Source of the DNA: Camelus ferus
Taxonomy: Eukaryota
Assembly (NCBI RefSeq): GCF_009834535.1
Contig: NC_045703.1
Coordinates: forward strand, 73,408,001 to 73,472,000
DNA: 64,000 nucleotides
Direction of reading: 5' to 3'
Shown here piece by piece: positions 32,761-43,645 of the stretch (positions are counted from its first letter, which is position 1; each line of letters starts with the position of its first letter). Made by a program: the position numbers and the translations under genes. The notes under the pieces were generated by a model. That model made no database searches and had not been told where the DNA came from. It saw only the letters and a list, made by a program, of their open reading frames with translations.

Positions 32761-34269
32761 GTCCGCCCTTCTCGCTCTGGAGCAGGAGAGGGGAGGGTGC
32801 ATGGTCCTTTCAGGGTCACTGTTTTTGTAACAGCCCTGAGCGGGGTGTTTGAGGCTTTGCGCACAGAAATCCGTCTGGCTGAGGTGTTTGGAGACCACAT
32901 TTTGCTCCAGGTTCCAGTTCCTCACAGGAATGGGTGACCTCAGCCCCACTAATCAAAGGTGACTTTTCCTATGACGCTACTGCCTGTGGGAAGCGTCTGC
33001 CCAATTGTCTGAGCGCGGCATCGGGGTCAGTGTCCCTCTTCTCCGCTGCAGTGGCGAACAGCTGTCCCCACTTCCGAGGGGTCCGGGCGGGCAGAGCCTG
33101 CCCTTGAGTCTCCAGGGGACATGTGGCGGGTGGGGGACGCTGCTGGGCCTGAAAGCGCTGCCTGCTGGGTTTTCCTGCTTCTCGGAATACTTACTAAACC
33201 AGGGTTTCTGTCGTCTCTCAACACAGCCTGCGAGCCCGCGGTGGGCCGCGCGGCAGGCTGGGGACAGGCTCCTTTCTAGAAAGGGCAGTGCCGCAGTGAC
33301 CGTGTCACCTGGGGCCCTGGGTGACACCCCCCCCCCACCAGCTGGTGCAGCCTCCAAACCCCTCATCTGGCCCCTGGGTTAGCTTTTGTCTTAATTTGTG
33401 TGGTTTTGACTGAAGTCATCTGGCAACACTGAGACCTAGAACGAAATCAGCGGGTCTCCTCTGACAGCCCTGCACGCAGTCCGTGAGGTTTGTGGTCTCT
33501 TCATCAAACATGTAGTTAAATGTCACAAAATGAAACCATGAAAACCTTGTCTAGGAAAAATTCATGTCTGTCCAGAGGCGCCAAATGTGCTTTAAAGCTA
33601 AACCGTCAGGGAAGATGGAAAAGCTTAGTCTAAAATTTTGCAGGCTTGCTTAGATGAGACATTAAATCTAGCAATTAAATTGCTTTTAATAATTTTAAGT
33701 TTTTGAAATAAAAACAAACTTTGAAAAGAGAACGGGTACAAAACACAGCGTCCCTCTGAGCATTCCAGACACGCCGAAGGTCAGATGTTGAGTTACAGCC
33801 TTGACCAAGAGCCAGGGGCTTGCTGGACACTAAAAAAATAAATCACCCCTTTCTGCAGAGACGGGGAGGCTGGAGCCGCCCGTGTGCCCCGCTCCTGCCC
33901 CTCGCGCCCCGCTGCCCACCAGCCGCCCCGGGCGCAACGCGGGGTCTCTCACTTGCGAACATTTTCCTTTCACAGTGGAAACCTGGTACTTGTTACTGAT
34001 AATAAACGCACCAAGTGCCTCTTAGTTCTAGGAACTGCTTCTCCCGCAGCCCCCTTCTGGGAGTTAACACGCACAAGGAGAAGTGTTTCTGCCCGACAGG
34101 AAGGCAAAGTGGGACGGGCTGGGAGTCCTGCTGAGGCGCTGCGTTTACTAACTCCACGCCGCGGGGGCCACACCTGCTCCATGTCGGGGGGGCGGGGGGG
34201 GAGCACGTCTCCCGTCAGGGGTTTAAATGTTCGACGTAAAGGACAGTTGACTGACACACACAAGTGATC

Positions 34270-34650
34270 AGATGCTGGTAAGAACCACAGGGAGCATCTG
34301 GGGGAGTGGGGCTCACTGTGCTATTTCATACAAACTCTGGGGCAGCTCCCAGGGGGAGGTACATGAGATTTCCTGCAGCTTGCAGGGGAGGTGTGCTCCA
34401 GGCACAGGGATGGCCTGTGCAAAGGCCCTGAGGCAGGGCACACCTGGCTCCACCTGGGAGCAGCAAGCAGCTTGGTGTGTCCGACAAGAAATCGAGACCC
34501 AAAGGAGGCACCATGGGGGACCTCGAGGTCTCTCCCAGTGCAGTGACCGTGAGGAGGGCTTAAGCGTTCGCTGGGATGGCTCTGGCTGCAGGAGGCCAGA
34601 CCGAGGGAGGGGCAAGGGTCAGAACAGAGGCTTTGATCCAGGCAGGGTGG
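34270..34650 (-). mobile_element. L2 LINE remnant
   Basis: 'ctccaggcacagggatggcctgtgcaaaggccctgaggcaggg' and 'gaggagggcttaagc...ggctctggctgcagg' match the recalled L2 antisense 'ttccaggcagagggaacagcatgtgcaaaggccctgaggc...ggagggttttaagcag...actctggctgc'. Confidence 0.65.
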
Positions 34651-36519
34651 GAGGAGCGGCTTGCCTGGGGCATCTGTGACAGTGAGGCTGGGGGAAGGCT
34701 CTGGCTTCAGTAACCAGGACGGTGGTGGTTTTCTGAGGGGAAGAGATGGTTCCTCCAGGACCTTGGTCAGAGGTCCACGGCCACCCCCTCTGCTTGGTAT
34801 TCTGGGACGCCTGGGACATGAGGTCCCCCCGTGAGGGAGCCCACGGGGGCACCTGGTGGAGAACGGGGTATGCGGAGGGGGTCAGGCCCCTGATACCATC
34901 TTCCCGGGGAAAAGCGACCATGAAGACACAGATTTTGAATAAATATGATCTGAAATCTCAGAGCAGGTAAATGTCTACATTCCCAATGCCCCGCCAGCGG
35001 CCGCGGCTTCCCGCAGCCGCGCGGCTTTGTCGGCAGTGCCGTGAGGAGTATGGAGCAGGAAGGACGGGCAGTGAACTGTGTGTTACTCTCTAGCATCCCC
35101 CTCCCCGTCTGGGCGGCGGGGCCCTGGCAGGTTCAGCAGGTCCCCAGCACACCCGGGGACGGTGAGTGGCAGAGACGAGGTGCCTTGATGGCGGTGGAGG
35201 GAGGGGGTGGGACTCAGGTCTGGCCGAGTGGGCGCCTGGACTCCGTGCCTGCGCGTCTGTCTTCTCAGCAAACAGAGCACGGCGCCGACCTCCTGCAGGA
35301 CAGCCACGCACGGAGACAGAGGGGTCGGCCCTCGGGAGGAGCTCCCCCGGCGTCAGCCTCGGGGCCCTTCTGGGAGCCGGACCCTCCTGAAGGCTTCCCA
35401 GGGTAGGGTCCATCAGCGAGGACAGGCCCCCCTTCCTCCTTTACGTTCAGGCACGTGGCATCCGCGAGTGTCTTTCAGAGGCTGCCGCGTCAGCAGAGGA
35501 GGGACACACAGACAGCACCCCGTAACCAGGCCGGGAGCGGTCAGGGCCAGGAGACCTAGCACCGAGGGGCCCCAAGTGAACAACCTGCCTTCTGAAGCAG
35601 AAACAGAAAAACAGACGCAGCGGCCGGCAGAGGCCCCTCCACCCCGGGAGCAGAGCGGAGCCCTGCGCCCGCAGAGGCGTGCGTTCCGACTTCTGGTCTC
35701 TTTGAAATCTGCATTTCTAACTCTCATTTAATCATGAAGCACATCTTTCATTTCAAAGACCACCTGAAGTTCTACATTTTCTCTCTGCAGCTTCTCTACA
35801 GGGGAAGGTTTAGTTCTTCCCTCTGGGTTAAGACGTCAGTCACCACCCTCACCTGGTCGCCTGTGGGGTCAGCTGCCAGGTGTGTGGCTTCTTGTCGTGT
35901 TGCGTAGATCAGAGCGACACCCAGAGCTGACCCGTCCTGGCCACTGCGCTGCCTGAGGGACAGCAGGGGAGCTGGCATTGGCAGAATGACTAATCCTTGA
36001 TGGTGAATATCCAGGAAACCAACGGCGAAGTCATCAACTCCCACAGCACAGAAACAGCGTTAAAAGTCATCAGTTCCCGTGTCTCTCAAACACCTTAGCC
36101 TTGATATACTCTCTCCAAACCACGTTTAGTGAGGAAGGCCAGGATGTGGGACACACGCCCCCGCCGGGCTGCACTACTGGCAGAGGGGTGGGGGCTGGAC
36201 CCCCCGCACCTGCTCTCTGCCTCCCCCCCGAGCAGCCCTGGCCTCACAGTGGCCCCAGGGAGGCCCCAGGGTTTGGAGGAGCACGGTTCTCAACCACCGC
36301 TCTGAATTAAAGCTCGAGCCAGTGCTGGAACCGTCTCCGTAACAGCAGCCTGGCCAAGTGACTGTCTACGCACAGTCACCACTGTGGGGAGGCATTTCCT
36401 TCCTCGGATACATCCTTGTGCTCATGAAGCACAGCTGGGCAGGAAGGAAACGTAAGACTTCCTTCTCCAAGCATGGGCGGGGCTCTCGGGGTGGCGGGGA
36501 CACAGAGTGGTTCCTTCTA

Positions 36520-36672
36520 GGTTAGGAGTGAGGCCGGCCAGGTCTTCGCAGCTGCAGATCCTCAGCACGTTACTTACTCTTTCTGAGCTTTGGTGTTCAC
36601 ATCACACAGAACTTTGTGGCCCTTAATAAATAAGTGACCGGCACTTACTGGGCACTCAGTCAATGTTTGCTG
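36520..36672 (+). mobile_element. MIR SINE remnant directly upstream of the minisatellite
   Basis: 'acgttacttactctttctgagctttggtgttcacatc' and the tail 'gtgaccggcacttactgggcactcagtcaatgtttgctgc'. Confidence 0.55.
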
Positions 36673-36694
36673 CAATGATAGTGTTGGTGGTGGT

Positions 36695-37640
36695 GATGAT
36701 GGAGGTGAGGAGGAAGCTGATGATGAAGGTGAAGATGATGCTGATGATGAAGGTGAGGAGGAGGATGCCGATGATGGAGGTGAAGGGGATGCTGATGATG
36801 ACGGTGAAGATGATGCTGATGATGACGGTGAAGATGGTGCTGATGATGGAGGTGAGGAGGATGCTGATGATGAAGGTGAAGATGATGCTGATGATGAAGG
36901 TGAGGAGGAGGATGCCGATGATGGAGGTGAAGGGGATGCTGATGATGACGGTGAAGATGATGCTGATGATGACGGTGAAGATGATGCTGATGATGAAGGT
37001 GAAGATGGTGCTGATGATGAAGGTGAAGATGGTGCTGATGATGAAGGTGAAGATGATGCTGATGATGAAGGTGAAGATTATGCTGATGATGAAGGTGAAG
37101 ATGGTGCTGATGATGGAGGTGAGGAGGATGCCGATGATGAGGTGAGGAGGATGCTGATGATGAAGGTGAAGAGGATGCTGATGATGGAGGTGAAGATGAT
37201 GCTGATGATGAAGGTGAAGAATGATGATGGAGGTGAAGATGGTGCTGATGATGGAGGTGAGGAGGATGCCGATGATGAGGTGAGGAGGATGCTGATGATG
37301 AAGGTGAAGAGGATGCTGATGATGGAGGTGAAGATGATGCTGATGATGAAGGTGAAGAATGATGATGGAGGTGAAGATGGTGCTGATGATGGAGGTGAGG
37401 AGGATGCCGATGATGAGGTGAGGAGGATGCTGATGATGAAGGTGAAGAGGATGCTGATGATGGAGGTGAGGAGGATGCCGATGATGGAGGTAAAGGGGAT
37501 GCTGATGATGGAGGTGAAGATGATGCTGATGATGAAGTGAGGATGATGCTGAAGATGAAGGTGAGGGGGATGCTGATGATGAAGGTGAGGGGGATGCTTA
37601 TGTTGGAGGTGAAGGGGACGCTGATGATGAGGTGAGGAGG
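36695..37640 (+). repeat. hierarchical minisatellite, ~24-bp unit GATGATGAAGGTGAAGATGATGCT with 23/27-bp variants and 147-bp and 138-bp higher-order duplications
   Basis: Unit read directly from the sequence. Higher-order blocks are visible in the translations: a 49-aa block from 36720 partly repeated from 36867, and a 46-aa block at 37145-37282 repeated at 37283-37420. Confidence 0.95.
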
Positions 37641-39917
37641 TGGAGGCTACAAACGCATTTCTTTCAGTTTCCCACCATGTCCGGTAGGGCCACTCGCGGG
37701 ATCACTGGGACAGTGTACCCTATACTGTCCATCACAGATCTGGGACACAGAAGTTGGAAAAGCTGAGAATTGGCAGGGGTTTTAGACTTCGTAGCCTCCT
37801 TGTGTGAGGTCATTATTTTAAATCAAATGTGAAAAATGAAGAGGGCACATAAATTCCTTTTTAGAACCAAAAACTCTGGTTTTCACTTTGAGGTTTTAGG
37901 TTTTTGACCCCATTGATCTAGAGGTGTTTGGGAATGCTTCTCAGTAATAATGGCCAAGGCAAAAACATGTGAATAGAAAATATATTTTGGTAGAAAAAGA
38001 CTAGAGACAGGTTTCTCTTGAAGAAAAAGACCCTGTCACCTGGCCCCTGGCCCAAATCTCTGGGTCCCCAAATCCCAGGAAACCGCCTTTCTCTCACAGA
38101 GGTCTGAGAACAAGTCTGAAATTCAGAACGGGGTTATCTGCTCACATCTAAAACAGCTCAGTGGTCTACTTGTGTCCATAACCCGTTTTTGTAGTGATAA
38201 GTGACCAGCATGGAAGAGACCAGAGTCCGGGTTGTTTTTTAACAGAGAGAGAGGGGGGCGGGGGGGGGATTTCAGCATTGTTTGGACACTGATCCACTGA
38301 CCAGAGCTGCCCCTTCCAACCTTCCCCTCCCGTCTGCCCACGCCCAAGCCTGCATGTGTCTCAACACCTGGGTTTGCGAGGCCCACAGGTGCAGTAAGGA
38401 GCAGCCAGTGCTCTGCTGACACATGTGTTGTGACCACTGGACCCTTTGAATCTATTGAAAAATTTCTCTTAAAAAAATCCCTCAACCCCCCCCCCAAACT
38501 GTCCATTTTTTACTCTTTTAGAAGACACCTCTTACCTGCAGAGGTAAAGGGGCGACCAGCTCATAAATGCAGGAGCAGCAGACTTTTTTCTACTACAAAG
38601 GGTTTTACCTGGAGGGGAAGGTTGAGAGGTGAGAGACCTCCAAAGGGAAAATGACAGAACAGACATCGACGCTGGAGATGTGCGCTGGGCCGCTTGCAGA
38701 CCGATGCCTCCCCCGGATGCTCGGAGACAGACTCGGGCTGCGAGCCCACAGGGAAGTTCTGGCTTCTCGCCGAAGCAGGTGTGTGACACTCGGAAGACTT
38801 GGAATAAAACCCGTGCTTATAAACCATGTACGTTTTAAAACAGAATGAAGTGTTTCTCAAATCAGGGTTGAAGAAATCGGTTCTGATTTTAGAAAGTTCT
38901 TCACTGAGACAGCCCTTGGCATGTGTTCAGACTGAAGCGAATGGAGCTCAGGTCCCTGGACGGAGTGAGCGGAGCCCTGGCAGCGGGCGGGCCGGCGTCC
39001 TCTTCAGACAACGCGAGGACGGTGAATAGGTGGGGGGTGGCTGGAGACCCCCCTTCCACATGGTGCTCCGTCTTCCTATTTAATAACCCCCCATCCCTCC
39101 AGCCCCCCAACCTCCTCCCCTCCCTTTCTTCCTGCCCTCCCTCCTTCCCTCCCCCACCCCTCAACCCCCTCCCAGCCTCCCATCCGACAAGGATCTTCAG
39201 CCAAGCACTCTTCTGGGGGCCGGAGACCCAGCACCTCAAGCCCCAGAGACCTCTGTCCTCAGCCAGTTGACGTTACAGTGGAAAGAGACCGGAACTAAAC
39301 ACACAGTCAATAATCTCAAGATGTCAGACGCTGCGGTGGGAGTTACCACGCTGAGACGGAGAGCCACGGGTTGGGGCAGAGGCTATTCTAGAGGGGTCAG
39401 GCCAGGGGCCTCTCTGAGGAGGGGCCCCTGGCTTGACCCCAGAGTTCTGGAAAGCAGTGAGGCATGTGGAAATTTGGGGACGTGGCTCCAAGCAGCGAAC
39501 AGCAGCTGCAAAAGCCATCAGGTGGAGAGACCGTGGCGAGTGAGGAGCAGGGAGAGGGTCAGGGTGGCTGGAAGGTGTGAGGGGGGCGGGGGTCACAAAG
39601 TGACCGTGGAGGAGGAGGTGCCCCGTCCGTGGGCAGGACTTCAGGTCTCATCACAACTCAAGTTTCCGGGAGCCTGGGTGTGCTGATCACAGCATCCATT
39701 TCATGCATTCGAGCGAAGTACTGGGTATTGTCTTCAGGATGGACCCTCAGTTAGAGAAGAGACAAAGGAGGCGCTGGGAGGCGGCGGAGCTGTCTGGGCA
39801 AGATGGGGCACCGGCGGGGACCCGGTCAGCCTCGGCGTGTCCTGATGTGCGGTGTGGGCGCAGAGGAGGCAGGGCTGCAGCACAAGGGTGACTCAGGCTT
39901 TTGCTAAGAGGACTTGG

Positions 39918-40050
39918 ATGAATAACAGCGACGATCGCAGCGAGCACTTACGCAGCACCTGCTGTGCGCCAGCACAGTTCTAAGAGCTTTAAACGCATTT
40001 TCTCAGCTTAGTGCTCACAACTACTCAAGGAAGCTTTATCTACCCGTAGT
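39918..40050 (-). mobile_element. MIR SINE, CpG-enriched relative to consensus
   Basis: 'gagcacttacgcagcacctgctgtgcgccagcacagttctaagagctttaaacgcattttctcagcttagtgctcacaac' matches the MIR antisense tail. Confidence 0.65.
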
Positions 40051-41794
40051 TCACCACCAGACCCAGAGGCGGCGAAGGGTCTATAAGATCCAGGCCCTGC
40101 AGCTTAGAAGGGGCGCACTGGGGCCCAGCTGGTGTGGCCATGCCCTCAGCTGGCCGGGCTGCCTCGGTGGAGGCGGGGAACCTGGGAGAGGCAGACTTGG
40201 AGGAGAAAGACATGACACCCCCGCGGGACAGCAGACCTGCAGCCGGTAGAAAGTCTGGAAGTCGGGGCCAGCCAGGGCTGGAGCCGGCCAAGCCTGAGAG
40301 CCGGGGGCAGGGGGACGTGCTTGAAGCCACTGGGCTTCCCACCAGGAGGAGGGCAGCCCTGGGCCAGACGGGAGCCCGGAAGGGAGGGTGTGAACTCTGA
40401 CGCCCGGTTCAAGGAGGGGGATGAGTGGAGGGGTGGCCAGTGGGATTCTCCCGTCGGTGCTGGAGTGACACGGGCTGGAGGAGGGCACTCCCTTGCGTCA
40501 GGGGATGGCAGACTGTGGGGGTCAGAGAAGAGGTCCTCAGCTGAGGTTTAGCGGGACCCCAGGGCAAGTGGGGTGTTTGAGAGGAAGGGGAGGGGAGGAA
40601 ACACTGTCCAGAAGATCAGGGGAGTGACCAGCAGGGTGGCAGGGAGAGGAGGGCGCGTGGAGAGAGAGCCCGGACCCCCTCCGCCCTCTGTACCTGCTGC
40701 CCACGCACCTCACGCGACAGCGGGCTGGTGCCCAGGGGCTCCGAGTCGCTCTGCCTTCCGTGTGCGTGCGGGGAAAACCGCCACGGCCTGTGGCACCGCA
40801 GGTCGGGCAGCGTCCTGGCGTTGTGATGTGTGCTCCTGAAATGCAAGGAGTGGAGACGGATCCTGGACTGGCAAGGTCACATCCACCCCGGAGGGCGTCA
40901 CCGTCACTATCCCAAGACTCCTTTCACTCAGGCAACTGAACACACAAAGGTAAATGTTTCAAGATGCCCCGGAGTCCTTTTTTCTGCTGACTTTTCTGAA
41001 CTTGTCCTCCCCTGCGTGGGTTCGGAGCCATTCCACCCCGGGGTAGTCACACATGCGGTTGTTATAAAGACCCCTCAAAACCCAAAATTGTTCTGATCGG
41101 TTCTTTTTCTTTTGGTGGCTGTCAGAAAATAACCCGTATTTATTCTGAAATAATGCTTCCTGGCTTTTTGTTCTGTATAAATACAATTTCTATCTACTGC
41201 AGAGAATTAAGCAAACACAGGAGAGAACACAGGGGAAATTTCGATGACTTCTGCTCCTGCCGCCCAGGGAGAGCCTCTCTGGCATCTGGATGTGTTTCCT
41301 TTCAGGTTATTTACACACTTGAGATATTCCGTACACGCACTTTCGGGCTCCGGTTTCCCCCGCGCGGCGCCGCCCTGTGCGCAGACCGCACCATCCGCGG
41401 CCACCCCAGAGTGCAGTGGTCCAGCCCTCTGCTGAGCGGGTGGGTGAGCGCCTGGTTCTTTAGTACCAGGAGTGCCGCTGCGGCCCAGCCCCGTGCACCT
41501 CTGCCGGACCTGATGCTATTCTCGAATCCTCAAAGTTTTATGGAGACAAAGGTCACAAACTTGAGGTCCTGGCCCCAAAGTCTGGACCCACGATGACCTG
41601 CTCAGCTACTCTGCATGATTTTGTAGTTCACTGGGGGTAAAACATTACAGGAAAAAAAAAAAGCGCTTCCTTCTGTGATGTTTGCCCTTGTTTTGAGTGT
41701 AGGTTGAGGCTTCTCGAGGCTGCGTGAGGACGAGCAGGGCCTGCTGAGGTCGGCCTGGAGGCCAGGCTCTCAGGGCATCTGCGGAGGCTCGAGC

Positions 41795-41985
41795 TGCGTG
41801 TCCCCAAAGGTGTGTGAAGTGGGGATTCAGGGCCTCATCTGGAAACAGGGCCTTTGCAGAGGGAATCAAGTTACGGCGAGCTGGTTAGAGTGGCCCTACC
41901 CTGAAATGGCCGGTGTCCCTGTGAACAGGGGACTTGGGCCCAGACTGGTGCAGGGAGAAGCCACGTGAAGACGGAGGCCAGGTGA
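41795..41985 (+). mobile_element. MLT1B/C LTR fragment
   Basis: 'gcctcatctggaaacagggcctttgcagagggaatcaagttacggcgag...gagtggccctaccctgaaatggccggtgtccctgtgaacaggggacttgggcccagac...gccacgtgaagacggaggc'. Confidence 0.75.
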
Positions 41986-43554
41986 CACACGACTTCAGGT
42001 GTGTGACAGGTTAGCTGCGCTGGGGCCGACGGGCCCATCTTGCTCACGTCTCCACAGCTGCTCCTCAGAGAGTGAAGGTCCAGCAGGTTAAGTTCGTGGG
42101 GCAAAGGGAGGAGAGAAATCTCTAGAACTTGTGCCTTTGGGCCCAAGACAGGCATGAGGCCCCTCGCCCACTCCCGCCCTCGTGCCGGGCACACGCCCCA
42201 CGCTCCAGCCCCTGGTGGCCAGGCCGCCCTGACAGCTTCCCTGGCCGGGCTCCCCTGTCCAGCTCGGGCCCAGGATTCCGACCTGCTCACCCTCCTCGTG
42301 CCGTGTCGACCAGCAGTTTGAGCAAACAGTGACTGGGCCCCGTGCCGCGTGTGCAGGACCCGCCCCAGGGCTGTGACAGGAGTCCTCCAGGGGTGGGAGG
42401 GAGGCTTCCAAAGATGCAGCTTAACTGGCAGCTGCCCTTCCTGTCGAGCTTGTCTTAGAGAGGGGAGAGCACCTGCCCGCACGCATGGTGACAATGATGA
42501 TTCCCGGGCAGGGGCCTTCCAGGCTCTTAGACTCATCCACCCAATGATCCTAAGAAGGACACATCCATTCAGACGCGGCGCCGAGTGCGTCGTGGCCTCC
42601 TGTGTGGGGGCGTCTGTGACCCTGCAGTTTGTCATCCATAACTGCCTCCCCCAGATTCACAAGCAGAGACGGTTTCAGATCACGTCCCCCCACAGCAAGG
42701 CAGGGCCCCCAGGGCCGAGGGAGGGTCTCTGCTCCTTGCAGGACGGCTCCCTCCACCGCAGGGACCAGGATCAGGAGACCCCCTCCGTGGCTGGAGCACC
42801 CCTCCGCCCTGAGCGGCCCATGCGTGGACACGGCGTGTCTCAGACAGCAGAATGCGGGCACTAGGGGCAGACGCGCCGGGGTCCCGCCATGCCATGCACG
42901 CAGGGAAACACACACACGACCTGTCGCTTCCAGAGGCAGGAAGGTCCGGAGCATCACCGACATCCAGGTGTTTATTACTCGCGCTGCGTCCGTGGCATCA
43001 GCTGAGCATGTCACCCTAACGCTCTGAGCCACTTACACGAGCCCCGCAGTTGGTGTCACAGTCCCACGTGCACACACGCCCCTCTGGTGGGTCCCTCCTC
43101 CCCTGCTGTTGACGGGCTCACTGTTTGGAACACTTTGGGCCAAATCAAGTGTCCCCTGAAGGAGGCACGATGGTCCTTCGGTTCCCAGTTCTTGCTCCCT
43201 GGTCCATCTGCGTGGAGTGTCCATTCAGAAGGGCTCAACCCTGCTGTCCATCTCTGCCATCTCTGCCTGTTGCCTGCAGCCTGTGGTTCGTGTCTCAAAG
43301 GGGACAGGGGACCGGGGGTGTTCTGTTTTTAGCTTGTCTGTCTGTTGTGGACCCTTGAAACCAATTGCACCCTCAGCAGGGTCTCTGAAGAGTGTCTGTG
43401 GAAGCAGTGTCTTCAAAGGGGTGCTGGTGTCGGGCCCCTGGGGGCTGCCACCCACCCGGGGTGATGCTGAGACAGCAGAGCTGGGCTGCAGCCAGGACCT
43501 GCCCTCCACCTGGGGTCTCAGTCCTCCCAGGGCAGGGCCAGCTTGGGGGGCAGG

Positions 43555-43645
43555 GGGCACCCCATCTCCAAATACAGTCACATCCTGAAGTTCTGGGGGT
43601 CAGGGCTCTGATGTATGAAGGGGCCACGTTCCACCCACATGGGCA
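43555..43645 (-). mobile_element. MLT1 LTR terminal fragment
   Basis: 'ccccatctccaaatacagtcacatcctgaagttctgggggtcagggctctgatgtatgaa' matches MLT1 antisense 'ccctatctccaaatacagtcacattctgaggtactgggggttagggcttcaacatatgaa'. Confidence 0.6.

Noticed and set aside
36663-37540. Met/Lys/Val-rich ORFs (160 aa and 132 aa) as genes
   Set aside because: They are translations of the minisatellite, with no promoter, splice or homology support.
36695-37640. Tandem array as a CRISPR array
   Set aside because: There are no unique spacers, the units are contiguous variants, and the DNA is mammalian.
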